The notes beneath the pieces were generated by a model. The model made no database searches and was not told the DNA's origin. It was given only the letters and a program-made list of their open reading frames with translations. A stretch of 64,000 nucleotides of DNA from contig OZ244653.1 in the NCBI GenBank assembly GCA_965218795.1, positions 3,776,001 to 3,840,000 on the forward strand. Direction: 5' to 3'. Source of the DNA: a bacterium. Lineage in GTDB: Bacteria > UBA8248 > JACPRG01 > G963555815. A program made the translations under genes and the position numbers. Position 1 is the first letter of the stretch. Each line of letters begins with the position of its first letter. This document shows positions 21,345 to 30,944 of the stretch, piece by piece.

Positions 21345-21917
21345 ATGAATCGGTTGTTCAATCAGATGATTTTCCTCGTCGTTTTCTTGTTGGCGGTCTA
21401 TTGGGTCCCGGGAATCTCGGAAGCCAGGACCTTCAATCATGAGAAGGCCGGGGTTCTGGTTGACCTCCCTGATTACTGGGGTGTGCAGGATAAACAGGGG
21501 GTCATTGTCACATCGCCCCGTGACGGTTCGGTCCTGCTGGTGTTCGGCGTTGTTCCCCAGCATAACCTCCAGCAGGCATTAAGGGAATTGGACAGACAAC
21601 TCCTCAACTTCGTCAAGTCACCCAAGATTGAAGGGAGGCCCGAGTCGGTCAATGTGAACGGAATGAAGGGTTATTCCGTGGGCGCCTCGGGAATGACGGA
21701 AGGGAAAAAGGTCGATATTGCGGTGCTGATCCTGGATACGCATGCGTCCAACATGTTCCTGGTGCTGGGTATCGGGGAAAAGGGAAAATTTGAAAAGCAT
21801 GTGCCCGTGGTCGAGCAAATCCTCGGCAGCCTCCGGCCCAACACCTCTTCAATTCTTCCCATAAAACCCTACATCCTGCGTCCTGCTCCCGAAGGCTTTT
21901 ATCGGGGGCAGGAATGA
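21345..21917 (+). CDS. Exported hypothetical protein (PsbP/DcrB-like pattern)
   Basis: Signal peptide; vdLPdyW start; ends ILGSLR followed by a repeat-derived tail. Confidence 0.7.
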   Translation: MNRLFNQMIFLVVFLLAVYWVPGISEARTFNHEKAGVLVDLPDYWGVQDKQGVIVTSPRDGSVLLVFGVVPQHNLQQALRELDRQLLNFVKSPKIEGRPESVNVNGMKGYSVGASGMTEGKKVDIAVLILDTHASNMFLVLGIGEKGKFEKHVPVVEQILGSLRPNTSSILPIKPYILRPAPEGFYRGQE

Positions 21918-21922
21918 CCGAG

Positions 21923-21996
21923 AGCCTGCCCTTGCATGGTTTCAGCAGGGGGCGCACCAATCCGAAAGACATTCATTAAGTATGATGTCCTCGGAA
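21923..21996 (+). repeat. Direct repeat, copy 1 (74 bp)
   Basis: Aligns without gaps to 23073-23146; 7 mismatches counted by eye. Confidence 0.9.
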
Positions 21997-22157
21997 TCCC
22001 CGCGTGGCGGAGTGGCGATCGAAAGATCTTGGAGACGCCCCAAGAATGGAACAAGGGGTAACGATCCGTCGCTGTCGGGTAATCGTAAGCGTGCGCCCGA
22101 TGTCGGACTTGGCGAATCGGAGCGAGAAGCTGGAAAATGGCCCCGTTTATGGGGAGC

Positions 22158-22805
22158 TCACTCCGGCGTCTGCCGTCTCTTCATTTCCCGCCCGACCCGC
22201 GCGTTCCACCAGACTATCAGCGGGGTTATTACGATGGTGGGTAGGATCCAGGCCAGCCATACGGGGCGCGTATCCACGTTGACGACCACGACGGCGGTGA
22301 CGGTGGCGATGGTTCCCGCCAGCATATTGGTAAGGTGCCGGGCGATGCGCCGCTTGCCGGACCCTCGCTGAGTGCCGTGGAAGCGGGCGTCCGCGGCGCT
22401 CAGCGCCACCGCGATGCTCCCGAACACCGCCATCGTTACCCACTGGGAACGACCCCATAGGAAAAGCGCGGCACCGTAGCCCCACATCCCAAGCCCGGTG
22501 AGCCCCATGACCGCCGTCGCGGCCCAGTCCACCGGCTGTGCGCGTCCGCGCCTGTTCCGGGCAAAGCGCCAGCCGGCAAACACCAGATAGAAGCTGAATA
22601 CGGCGACCAGCGACAGAAGCACATCGGCCCCGAGTATCGCCATCGGCAGCGCGGTACCGAAGACCACCGCCATTGTGACGACATAGACCCGCCCCGCAAT
22701 TCTGTGATTGGCGCCTCCCTTGGCCGTTGCCAGCGCGATGAGAGCCGTTACCAGCGCAACCGAGCCGGCCGCGATGTGGATGACGAGGAGAGCAGTACCG
22801 AGCAT
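22158..22805 (-). CDS. Membrane protein (DUF2306-like)
   Basis: HIAAG...KGGANHRIAGRVY...HLTNM; about 6-7 TM segments. Confidence 0.8.
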   Translation of the reverse strand: MLGTALLVIHIAAGSVALVTALIALATAKGGANHRIAGRVYVVTMAVVFGTALPMAILGADVLLSLVAVFSFYLVFAGWRFARNRRGRAQPVDWAATAVMGLTGLGMWGYGAALFLWGRSQWVTMAVFGSIAVALSAADARFHGTQRGSGKRRIARHLTNMLAGTIATVTAVVVVNVDTRPVWLAWILPTIVITPLIVWWNARVGREMKRRQTPE

Positions 22806-22813
22806 ATGCTCTT

Positions 22814-22945
22814 CTACCGGTCGCTGACCGGGCTGTCCAGTGCAAACTGTTCGCGTTGGTCCACGGTTTTCATCTCCTTCCACGGCATCGGCAGTTCCTC
22901 CTTGCCGTGTAGTGTAGCAGTGTAAACCATGTATCCGGTTTGTAC
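22814..22945 (-). mobile_element. IS481-like remnant (left end plus first codons of the transposase)
   Basis: AAGGAGG RBS then MPWKEMKTVDQREQF, resembling IS481 transposase N-termini; IR-like gtacaaaccggatacatggtttaca upstream. Confidence 0.65.
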
Positions 22946-22955
22946 CCCTCTTGCT

Positions 22956-22990
22956 CCCTCTCCCCCCGGGAGAGGGTTGGGGTGAGGGGG
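22956..22990 (+). repeat. CCCTCTCCC...GGGAGAGGG..GGGGTGAGGG palindromic repeat
   Basis: Direct match to this widespread extragenic repeat pattern. Confidence 0.7.
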
Positions 22991-23058
22991 CATCTGTCTC
23001 ATCACCGACACCCCACGGGCATGCGCTATGCTGGTTCGGCCTATGGCGATTTTCCACT

Positions 23059-23146
23059 TGTCATTCCCGCGAAGCCTGCCCCTGCATGGTTTCAGCAGGG
23101 GGCGCACCAATCCAAAAGTCATTCATCAAGTATCGTGTCCCCGGAA
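23059..23146 (+). repeat. GTCATTCCCGCG-type REP plus direct repeat copy 2
   Basis: tgtcattcccgcgaag followed by nested hairpin cccctgc...gcagggg; 23073-23146 matches 21923-21996. Confidence 0.85.
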
Positions 23147-23265
23147 CCGGGAGGAAACGCTTCGGTCGACCCGGCCGGGACGTTTCTGTCTTGGGAGCGG
23201 GTGGGCGGGATGAAGAAAAGGAGGCGAAGGGATGGTGATCACTCCACGGTGCGCTGTCCGGCCGC

Positions 23266-23440
23266 TCAGACCGTGGCCCCAATTGGGAAATGAAGGTCCA
23301 TTTCACCGTTGCAGGCGCGGCGAATGGATTCTTCGAGACTCCGGGCAAGCTGGATTTCCGTCGCCGTAATCAGCAGGTTTTCATCGCCCCTTTCGATTTT
23401 CATCATCCGCTTGAGCGGGTGAGCTTCTTTTTCTTTCAGG
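23266..23440 (-). pseudogene. C-terminal remnant of a BCAM0308-family-like protein
   Basis: EAHPLKRMMKIE...LLITATEIQLARSLEESIRRACNGEM resembles the family C-terminus; no N-terminal half. Confidence 0.5.
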
Positions 23441-24695
23441 TTCCGCGGCAGGCATGGCAAGCCGTCAAGGCGTATACCTGTGCCGCCTTCTGGAGGTCTT
23501 CTTCGAGGAGAAATTTCATTCCCCCGCCCGTGGGCGCGCCCGGCCCATAGGTGAGCGCGGGGATACCGGCCCGATTCAATACGTTCAGGTCTCGCCACAT
23601 GCTTGTCTCGGGAGGCTCCACGCCTTCCAAGGGCTTTGAGATCACCGAAGCATGAGCCGTTTTCAGGGCGCTTCGCAGCGGCTCGATGTTTTCCGCTATG
23701 GATCCCTGGCGATACAGGTACACTTCGGCCTCGGCTCCGATCCCGCTTTTGCGGCAGGCTGTCTCCAGTTGCCGGAGCACCTCCCGGGGATTGGCCTCCG
23801 GCCTTAAGCGGATATCGAGATAGAGTTGGCAGGCGGGAGGGCTACAGGAGGGGTCGAACGGGCGGCCCGCCCGGATGGCTCCGATATTGACCTTGGGCAC
23901 AAACCGTCCGCAGTCCAAATCGATGCTGTTCCCTTCTTCGTACTCGACGGACCAGGCCTGAATGGCCTGAACGAGCCCGGACGCCATCAGAATCGAATGA
24001 GCGCTGTCCCCGGGGGGGAGCGAATTATCAACAAACGGCGCGTACCTGCGCTGGCCCCGGACCGTGAGCTTGACGTAAAGGACCCCGGCTTCGGCCCAGG
24101 TCACGCCGAAATGGGTGGCCTCCGCGACAATGGCTGCGCTTGCCCGGGTGCCGTGGTCCACCAGGTGACGGGTGCCGAAGCCGTTGCCCAGATAGCGGGA
24201 TCCCCGGAACTCATCGACGGGAGCGGTTCCAATCTCGCCCACGACCATCGTCAGGACGACGTCCCCCGCAAGCCTGATTCCGCTGTCGCGCAGGGCCTTG
24301 GCGGCAACCAACCAGGAGGCCATCGGGCCTTTGTCATTCACCACCCCAATTCCGAACACCCGGCCTCCTTCCACCCAGGCCCGCTTCTCCATGCCCTGCT
24401 GCTCTTTCGGAAGCCCGGGGTCGAAGGGGTCGGGGATCTGCGTGTCCATATGGCTGTTGAAGAGGAGGCTGGGACCGCCGCCGGTTCCCCTGAGGAGAGC
24501 GACAACGTTGTCTCTCTCCGGGGCGACATGCTGCCGGAAGGGGGCGAATCCTGCATCCTTCAGCCAGATTTCAAGGAAGTCGGCCATCGGAAGCTCATAC
24601 CCGGAGGGGCTCGGAATGTTACCGAGCGCAACGGCAAGGTCCACAATTTCCCGGAGATCGATCCGGCTGAGAATTCGTTCTTCGTCTATGTTCAT
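23436..24695 (-). CDS. M20/ArgE-like deacylase with atypical metal site
   Basis: NSHMDT, NDKG, VGEIG (in place of EE), AEAT; no C-terminal His after YGPG. Confidence 0.88.
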   Translation of the reverse strand: MNIDEERILSRIDLREIVDLAVALGNIPSPSGYELPMADFLEIWLKDAGFAPFRQHVAPERDNVVALLRGTGGGPSLLFNSHMDTQIPDPFDPGLPKEQQGMEKRAWVEGGRVFGIGVVNDKGPMASWLVAAKALRDSGIRLAGDVVLTMVVGEIGTAPVDEFRGSRYLGNGFGTRHLVDHGTRASAAIVAEATHFGVTWAEAGVLYVKLTVRGQRRYAPFVDNSLPPGDSAHSILMASGLVQAIQAWSVEYEEGNSIDLDCGRFVPKVNIGAIRAGRPFDPSCSPPACQLYLDIRLRPEANPREVLRQLETACRKSGIGAEAEVYLYRQGSIAENIEPLRSALKTAHASVISKPLEGVEPPETSMWRDLNVLNRAGIPALTYGPGAPTGGGMKFLLEEDLQKAAQVYALTACHACRGT

Positions 24696-24743
24696 GGGCC
24701 GTCGAATTCATCCTTCCTTCGAAGGCCGGCCGATGGCCGCCGG

Positions 24744-25142
24744 CTATTTCTGGATGATCTTGGTGTCATCGTCCGGAATGACCGCAATGGCGTCCACCTC
24801 CACCAGCATCTCGGGTTCTGCGAGCTGTACGCCCATGATCAAAGTGCTCGGCGGGGTGTGGTTCATGATTTTGGCCCTGGCCGCGCTGAAGGCGTTCCGG
24901 TCCTCCCGGTTGCTCAGATAGGCGGTCACCTTAATGATGTGGTCGAGCGAGCTCCCGTACCCCTCTAAGGTTTCTTTGAGGTTCAGGAAGAGGATCTCGG
25001 TTTGCTCGGCGACGTCCTCGCCCAAGACCACCTGGGTCGCCCGGTCTTTCGAGTCCTCGCCAGCGAGAAACAGGAAGTTGTCGACCCGGCAGACCCGATC
25101 GTATGTCCTTGGCGGTTGGTGATGCAGAAATTCGACTTCCAT
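24744..25142 (-). CDS. Rid (YjgF/YER057c/UK114) family protein lacking the catalytic Arg
   Basis: FLFLAG, KVTAYL, PPSTL, LVEVDAIA. Confidence 0.88.
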   Translation of the reverse strand: MEVEFLHHQPPRTYDRVCRVDNFLFLAGEDSKDRATQVVLGEDVAEQTEILFLNLKETLEGYGSSLDHIIKVTAYLSNREDRNAFSAARAKIMNHTPPSTLIMGVQLAEPEMLVEVDAIAVIPDDDTKIIQK

Positions 25143-25176
25143 TCGTCCACTCCTTCAATCAACCATCCGACGGTTT

Positions 25177-25627
25177 TCAGATGGATTGGAGCCCCTCATG
25201 ATCCTCGACCACGGCAACCGCCTGGATTTCAATGAGCAGGTCCGGGTGGGCGAGCCGGGCCACGGTGATCAGGGCGCTGGCCGGTTTCCCGTCGGGGAAG
25301 TACTGCTTCCGGATCTTGACGAACTCATCTCCGTGACGGACGTCGATGATGAACACGGTCATCGTGACGAGATCCTCAAGCTTGCCTCCCGCTTTTTTCA
25401 GGGTCGCCTCCAGGTTACGGAAGACGCTGTGGGCCTGGGCCGCGAAAATCCCCCGCCATGACGTGCCGGGTGTGCTCCGAGCCGGCCACGGGCTCGAAAT
25501 CGCCCTCTTCGTCCGTTCCCGCCACGGCCCCCGCCAGCCACACGATTCTGCCGCCTTGGGTCACGACCGCGGGGGAATAGGCCCGTTCTTCCTCCTGCCA
25601 CGCACCTTTGATGTACTCTCTCGGCAT
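25177..25627 (-). CDS. Rid family protein with a 1-nt frameshift near 25445
   Basis: RAYSPAVVTQGGRIVWLAG...GDF / AAQAHSVFRNL...PASAL...LIEIQAVA; one extra T in a TTTT run. Confidence 0.8.
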
Positions 25628-25678
25628 GTTCTCTCCCTTTGAATTCAAGAACGTTTCTGTCTGGAAGGGTTCCATTAT

Positions 25679-25861
25679 CTACCGGAATCGGAGTAGGTGA
25701 TAGGGTGAAAAGGATCGAATCTGACCGCGGATATCCTCTTCGTGAACGATTTCGCCCTCGGGGTTTCGGGCCGTCAGGCCGAAGGTGAAGACCAGCCGGT
25801 CGCCTTTCGCGCGGATGCCCTGGGAGGGCGGGGGGAGCGATTCAGGTCTGATCCGGTTGGG
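25679..25861 (-). pseudogene. Truncated third Rid family gene
   Basis: SQGIRAKGDRLVFTFGLTARNPEGEIVHEEDIRGQIR, then similarity is lost; no in-frame start. Confidence 0.65.
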
Positions 25862-25888
25862 CGGACGCGCATGGCATTCTGCCGTGGG

Positions 25889-27115
25889 TCACAACAAGTC
25901 TTTTTCCAGCGGGAAGCAGGTGAAGTAGACCGGTCCCTCGGGCGTGACGATGAAGTTCTCTTCCAGTCCGACGGCGATATCCCCTTCGCGAACGTGGACG
26001 CGCAGCGTGAGATAGGTATTCGTCTCCAGGGTCTCCGGCGAGGCAATGCCCGGACCGATCTCGAATCCCTCGTGCCAGTCGAGGCCGAGGGCGTGACCGA
26101 CGGGGGCGGGGAGTTCGGGAAAATCGCGCAGACTGTCCAGAAGCGAGCCGGCCGTGCGGCCCGGCCAGCAGTTCGCCATCACCAGCCGCATGGCTTGGTG
26201 GCACCTCCGATAGAGGGCGTTCTCCTCGGGTTCGACGATGCCCCCGCATTTAAACGTTCTTTGGGCCCTCACCCGGTATCCTTCCGGTCCGGTTCCCAAA
26301 ATGCCGAAGATGACGAGCTCCCCTTCATTGATCGGGCGATCGGTCGGGAGGGATGCGGGTTCGAGGCTGTTCACACCCGCTGCGCACATCAGGTTCTCGA
26401 CCGATTCGAACCCGCTCGAAATGAGAAAACCCTGGCATTTCGCCGCGACCTCCCGTTCGGTCGCCCCCGGCTGAAGCCACTCGGTCCGTGTCCTTTGAAA
26501 AGCGATGTCGGCGATGTCGGTCACAAATCGCAAATGCTCGAGCTCTTCCATGTCTTTCAAAGTTCTGGCCTTGAGCATGGCGGGGTGCGCGTCCACGATT
26601 TCGGCGGCCGGAAATTCGGCCAGTCCGGAGGCAAGCCGGGTCAGGTCTGTCCCCAAGTGATCGATACCGAAGGTTCCCGAACAATTCGCCCGGCGAAGTC
26701 GATGCAGCCCTTCCGATAAGAGATGCGCGGCCGGTTCCCGGTCGGGATGAAAGGGGACGGCGGTAGGGTCGGGGGCGGACTCGTCCAAGGAATGGGTGGG
26801 AAGAGTTCCGGGCGACAACTCCAGGACGAGAGGCCCCTCGCTCAACGTTACAACGGCGCACTGGCCGTAGCGGGTCGTTCCGGATTCGTCCCAGGGGTCC
26901 CGGGCCCATCCGGTCAGGTAGCGGACGTTGGCGGGATCGAGGCAGAGGAGGGCCTGAAGACCTTCCGCTTCCATGATGAAGCGGGCACGGGCGAGCCGCT
27001 CGGAGTACAGGGCGTCCGCATCGAGCCGGTCCGTCCCCTGAGCGGCCGCAACATCAGTGATCCAGGAGCCGGTCGGGTCCTCGACGATCTTCTCCCGCTC
27101 ATCCGAGAGCCACAT
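25889..27115 (-). CDS. M24 (Xaa-Pro peptidase/creatinase fold) protein with degenerate metal ligands
   Basis: NVRYLTG, RTLKDMEE, PGATERE, GHALGLDWHE; expected Asp, Asp and Glu ligands replaced. Confidence 0.85.
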   Translation of the reverse strand: MWLSDEREKIVEDPTGSWITDVAAAQGTDRLDADALYSERLARARFIMEAEGLQALLCLDPANVRYLTGWARDPWDESGTTRYGQCAVVTLSEGPLVLELSPGTLPTHSLDESAPDPTAVPFHPDREPAAHLLSEGLHRLRRANCSGTFGIDHLGTDLTRLASGLAEFPAAEIVDAHPAMLKARTLKDMEELEHLRFVTDIADIAFQRTRTEWLQPGATEREVAAKCQGFLISSGFESVENLMCAAGVNSLEPASLPTDRPINEGELVIFGILGTGPEGYRVRAQRTFKCGGIVEPEENALYRRCHQAMRLVMANCWPGRTAGSLLDSLRDFPELPAPVGHALGLDWHEGFEIGPGIASPETLETNTYLTLRVHVREGDIAVGLEENFIVTPEGPVYFTCFPLEKDLL

Positions 27116-27119
27116 GGGA

Positions 27120-27794
27120 CTATCCGACCGAAGTGACGGCCGCCTCCACCCTTGCCCGCCAATCGGGGACTATCTTCCTCATATACGGGACGATCTTGTC
27201 GCGGGCCGCGGTGGCGCGGGCCTGCTTCTCGTCGTCGGTCGCATAGCGCTCGATAGCCAGACGGCCGACTTTATGGTGAAAGATCTCGTCCTTCTGGATC
27301 TTCCGGTAGAGGGCCGACGTGATGGGGTCGATCGGTTCGATGACGTTGATGAACGGCTCGTTTCCCCAAAACGCCATGATCGTTTCCACAGTATAGTTCA
27401 TCAGCATCATTTGCTCGAAAATGTCCCACTCCCTGGCTTCCAGACATAGATCGAGGATCTCTTGATATACTTCCAAAGGCTCCCAATCAAAGGGATCCTG
27501 GTCGAGCTGGGTGAGCCTTCTTTTCAGCCAGCGGTAATGGCGATATTCCTCGTCGACCTGCCGCGCGAGCAGGACCTGCATATCGAGCGGCGCGCTGGGG
27601 ATCCAGGAAGCGGCCGCCTTTCCCACCATGATTTCGTTCCACAGACCCTGTTTCATCCGGGTGATCACCATCTGCATGACCTGGTTATGATCGACGATCC
27701 CGCCGATGGCCATGAAGGCCTTTTCGATGCCCAACTCATCGTAGAGCTCGCGGTTGAGGGCTGTGATATGCTTAGCGTAATCGGCCGATTTCAT
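27120..27794 (-). CDS. Ferritin-like diiron-carboxylate protein
   Basis: E...DEEYRH...E...DEIFH ligand pattern in a helical protein. Confidence 0.85.
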   Translation of the reverse strand: MKSADYAKHITALNRELYDELGIEKAFMAIGGIVDHNQVMQMVITRMKQGLWNEIMVGKAAASWIPSAPLDMQVLLARQVDEEYRHYRWLKRRLTQLDQDPFDWEPLEVYQEILDLCLEAREWDIFEQMMLMNYTVETIMAFWGNEPFINVIEPIDPITSALYRKIQKDEIFHHKVGRLAIERYATDDEKQARATAARDKIVPYMRKIVPDWRARVEAAVTSVG

Positions 27795-27998
27795 GGTTTG
27801 GAATCCTCAATCAATGGTCGGCTGGAATGGATGAACTACCCGAATTCATAGTATCATAATTCGGCTTCCAATCCTTGATTTGAAGGGTATCCGGCACCCG
27901 GCCGGCGCCTGAAAGGATGGTTTGCCGGCGTCACGACTTCATGAAATGAACCCGCGCCTCCGCCGGAGGCGGGGTCGGTTGCCAAGGAAATCGATCGC

Positions 27999-30302
27999 AT
28001 GAGTGAGACCGCCTTCACGTTTTTGGGGAAACCCCATCCGATGGTTGACGCCCCGGCGAAGGTTCGCGGGGAAGCCGACTACGCGCCCGACATCGTTCTG
28101 CCCGGAATGTTGATCGGCAAGGTGCTTCGGAGCCCCATCCCCCACGGTCGCATCCAGAAGCTGGACGTCTCCCGCGCGCGAAGCCTGCCCGGCGTCAAGT
28201 CGGTCCTGACATGGGATGACATCCCGCAGATCAAGTGGGGTCACGAGAACAACGACCAGACGGCATTGGCGGCAGGCAAAGTCCGGTATGTGGGGGAGGA
28301 GGTGGCGGCGGTCGCCGCCGTCGACGAGGCCACCGCACTGGAAGCCCTGGAACTGATCGATGTGGAGTACGAGCCGCTGCCGTTCGTTCTCGATCAAGTC
28401 GAGGCGCTGGAACCGGGGGCTCCGCTCATCAACGAGGACTGGCCGGGAAATCTCGCCTGGGAGACGCGGGTCGAGCGCGGCGATATGGACAAGGGTTGGT
28501 CGGAGGCCTCCGCCGTCTATGAGGATGTCTACCGGACCACCAACCAGTCTCAAGCGTTCATGGAGCCCATCGGAAGCGTGGCCGACGTCGACCATTTGGG
28601 AAAGGTGACCGTCTGGGCGAGCTGCCAGTCGATCTATTTTGCGCGGGCCCGCATCGCCAAGGTGCTGGGCGTGCCCGAATCCCGGGTACGGGTGATTCAG
28701 CCGTTTGTCGGCGGCGGCTTCGGGGGGAAGCTCAACGATGACCCCAACGCGCAGATCGGCGCCCTGCTGGCGATTGCCTCGGGAAAACCCGTCAAGCTCT
28801 GCAACACCCGTACGGATGAGTTCCTGGGCAGCCGCCCGCGCCTGCCGACTGTCATTCGGGTCAAGATGGGCGTCCGACAGAACGGGACGCTTTGCGCCAA
28901 GGAGACCGACATCGTCGCCAGCGCGGGGGCCTGTACCGGCCGGAGCGCGAAGATCATGAACGTGACGTCCATGCGAATCGACAACGCCTACCGTCAGCAG
29001 AACCTTCGGACACGGGCCCGTCTGGCGTATACGAACCGGTTGCCGACCGGCGCTTACCGGGGGCTTGGCAACCCGCAGATGATCTTCCCGTTCGAGTCCG
29101 CTCTGGATCACCTGGCCGAGCAGATCGGAATGGACCCAGTGGAAATTCGTCTGGTCAACGCCATTCGGGAGGGGGAGACGAGTATCCACGGCTGGAAGAT
29201 GAGCAGTTGTGGATTGACCGACTGCATCGATTTCGTGGCCAAAGAAAGCGGAATTCGGCAACGGCGAAATCGCGGCGGACTCAACGGCGTCAAGCGCCGG
29301 GGCGTCGGAATCGCCGACGCCATCCATGTCAGCGGCAACCGCCATTACACCAACTGGGACGGGGCCTCGGCCACCGTCAAGATGAATCAGGACGGCCGCG
29401 TCAACCTCATCATCGGAGAAGGCGATATCGGCCAGGGGGCCTCCACCGTCTTGTCCTTGATATGCGCCGAAGAGATGGGGCTCCGAATCCCGGACATTGA
29501 TGTCAGTCAACCCGACACGGATTTGACCCCCGTCTGTATGGGTGCTTTTGCCAGCCGGTTGACGATGGTGGCGGGGAACGCCGTCAAGAAGGCGGCGGCC
29601 GAGGCCAAGCGGCAGGTTCTGGAGGCGGCGGGTGAACTGTTGGAGGTGGACCCGGGGGATTTGGACATCCGGGAAGGCGTCGTGAGCGTCCAGGGCGCGC
29701 CGGATCGCAGGATCAGCGTTGCCGAAGTTTGCAAGGACGGACTGTTCCGCCAGGGCGGCCTGCCCATTTTGGTGACCACCGCTGTCGACAATCCGACGGA
29801 GATGGCCGACAAGAACCGCTACGGTAACGTTTCGCCCGGCTACACGTTTTGTTCCCAGGTGGCTGAGGTGGAGGTGGATACCGAGACCGGGCAGGTGAAA
29901 GTCCTGGGGTTTTGGGTGGCGGACGATGTGGGCCGGACGCTGAATCCGCTGACGGCGGAGGGACAGATCCAAGGCGCCGTGATGCAGGGATTGGGGTACG
30001 CCATGTACGAAGACTGGATCCTGGACGGCGGACGGGTGATCAACGGAAACTTCGCCGATTACACCCTGCCGAAGGCCGATTGTCTGCCTGACCGGGTCAC
30101 GAGCGCCTTGATCGAGAGCATTGAGCCCAACGGCCCTTATGGGGCGAAAGGGGCCTCGGAGACTGCTATCGATCCCGTTGCTGCGGCGATTGGCAACGCG
30201 ATTTATGACGCGGTTGGGGTCCGGCTCAGGTCGCAGCCGTTCACCCCGCAGAAAGTTCTGTCCGCGCTTCGAGCCTCGGATTCGAACGAGAGCGGGTCCT
30301 GA
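27999..30302 (+). CDS. Xanthine dehydrogenase family molybdopterin-binding subunit (HcrA-like)
   Basis: LRSPIPHGRI, GGGFGGK, AYRGLGNPQ, GQG, EVEVDTETG, AKGASE. Confidence 0.93.
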   Translation: MSETAFTFLGKPHPMVDAPAKVRGEADYAPDIVLPGMLIGKVLRSPIPHGRIQKLDVSRARSLPGVKSVLTWDDIPQIKWGHENNDQTALAAGKVRYVGEEVAAVAAVDEATALEALELIDVEYEPLPFVLDQVEALEPGAPLINEDWPGNLAWETRVERGDMDKGWSEASAVYEDVYRTTNQSQAFMEPIGSVADVDHLGKVTVWASCQSIYFARARIAKVLGVPESRVRVIQPFVGGGFGGKLNDDPNAQIGALLAIASGKPVKLCNTRTDEFLGSRPRLPTVIRVKMGVRQNGTLCAKETDIVASAGACTGRSAKIMNVTSMRIDNAYRQQNLRTRARLAYTNRLPTGAYRGLGNPQMIFPFESALDHLAEQIGMDPVEIRLVNAIREGETSIHGWKMSSCGLTDCIDFVAKESGIRQRRNRGGLNGVKRRGVGIADAIHVSGNRHYTNWDGASATVKMNQDGRVNLIIGEGDIGQGASTVLSLICAEEMGLRIPDIDVSQPDTDLTPVCMGAFASRLTMVAGNAVKKAAAEAKRQVLEAAGELLEVDPGDLDIREGVVSVQGAPDRRISVAEVCKDGLFRQGGLPILVTTAVDNPTEMADKNRYGNVSPGYTFCSQVAEVEVDTETGQVKVLGFWVADDVGRTLNPLTAEGQIQGAVMQGLGYAMYEDWILDGGRVINGNFADYTLPKADCLPDRVTSALIESIEPNGPYGAKGASETAIDPVAAAIGNAIYDAVGVRLRSQPFTPQKVLSALRASDSNESGS

Positions 30303-30317
30303 CCCCGAAGATCCGTC

Positions 30318-30944
30318 TCAAGGTGACGGCGGGACCGGCTGTATCTGAAAAACCTTCAGGCAGGCCTCGTAGTCCTCTTCCCGGTCGACATCCATCCGGA
30401 TAGCGGGATTTCCGACTTCCACGGTGGCCGTGGAATCCGGGTATTTTTGAAACATGGCCCGGGCTCCGGTGTCTCCGGTCAATGTGAGCAGTTCCCGGCG
30501 CAGATGGGCATCGACCAGAACCGGATTGCCTTGCTTGCCGGCACATGCGGGCGCGACCAGCAGCGGGTGGTCTTGGCGGTACCGCCCAAGCAGGCGGGTG
30601 ACGATGTCCGGGCCAACCAGCGGCTGGTCGCCCAGAAAGAATACAAAACATTCGCACCAGGGAGAGGCTTCGCGAACTCCGGTCTTCAGAGACGTCGCTT
30701 GGCCCATTTCGAAGTCCGGGTTGTGGACGGTCCGGACGGGCAGGTGGCGGATCGTCTCTTCGACGGCTTCGTGCTGATGGCCGGTCACGACAATCACTTC
30801 GTCCAGCGGGGAGGCCAGCGCGTTCTCCACCGCCCAAACGACAATGGGTTTGGGCCCCAATGGAAGGAGCAGCTTGTTGCGGCCGAGTCGACGAGAAAGC
30901 CCGGCGGCCAGGACAACTCCGCAGGGTCCGGATGAATCCACCAT
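30318..30944 (-). CDS. mocA: Molybdenum cofactor cytidylyltransferase-like protein
   Basis: LAAGLSRRLGRNKLLL, LGDQP, GNPV, GDTGAR, DVD. Confidence 0.88.
   Translation of the reverse strand: MVDSSGPCGVVLAAGLSRRLGRNKLLLPLGPKPIVVWAVENALASPLDEVIVVTGHQHEAVEETIRHLPVRTVHNPDFEMGQATSLKTGVREASPWCECFVFFLGDQPLVGPDIVTRLLGRYRQDHPLLVAPACAGKQGNPVLVDAHLRRELLTLTGDTGARAMFQKYPDSTATVEVGNPAIRMDVDREEDYEACLKVFQIQPVPPSP

Noticed and set aside
21923-23146. CRISPR or integron attC interpretation of the repeats
   Set aside because: Only two copies 1150 bp apart; no spacer array, cas or integrase genes, and no clear RYYYAAC/GTTRRRY ends.
25430-25460. Programmed frameshift in the Rid gene
   Set aside because: Single extra T in a short homopolymer with no stimulatory structure; error or mutation is more likely.
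27120-27794. Encapsulin cargo or bacterioferritin
   Set aside because: No encapsulin gene or targeting peptide; length and context fit a catabolic diiron enzyme.
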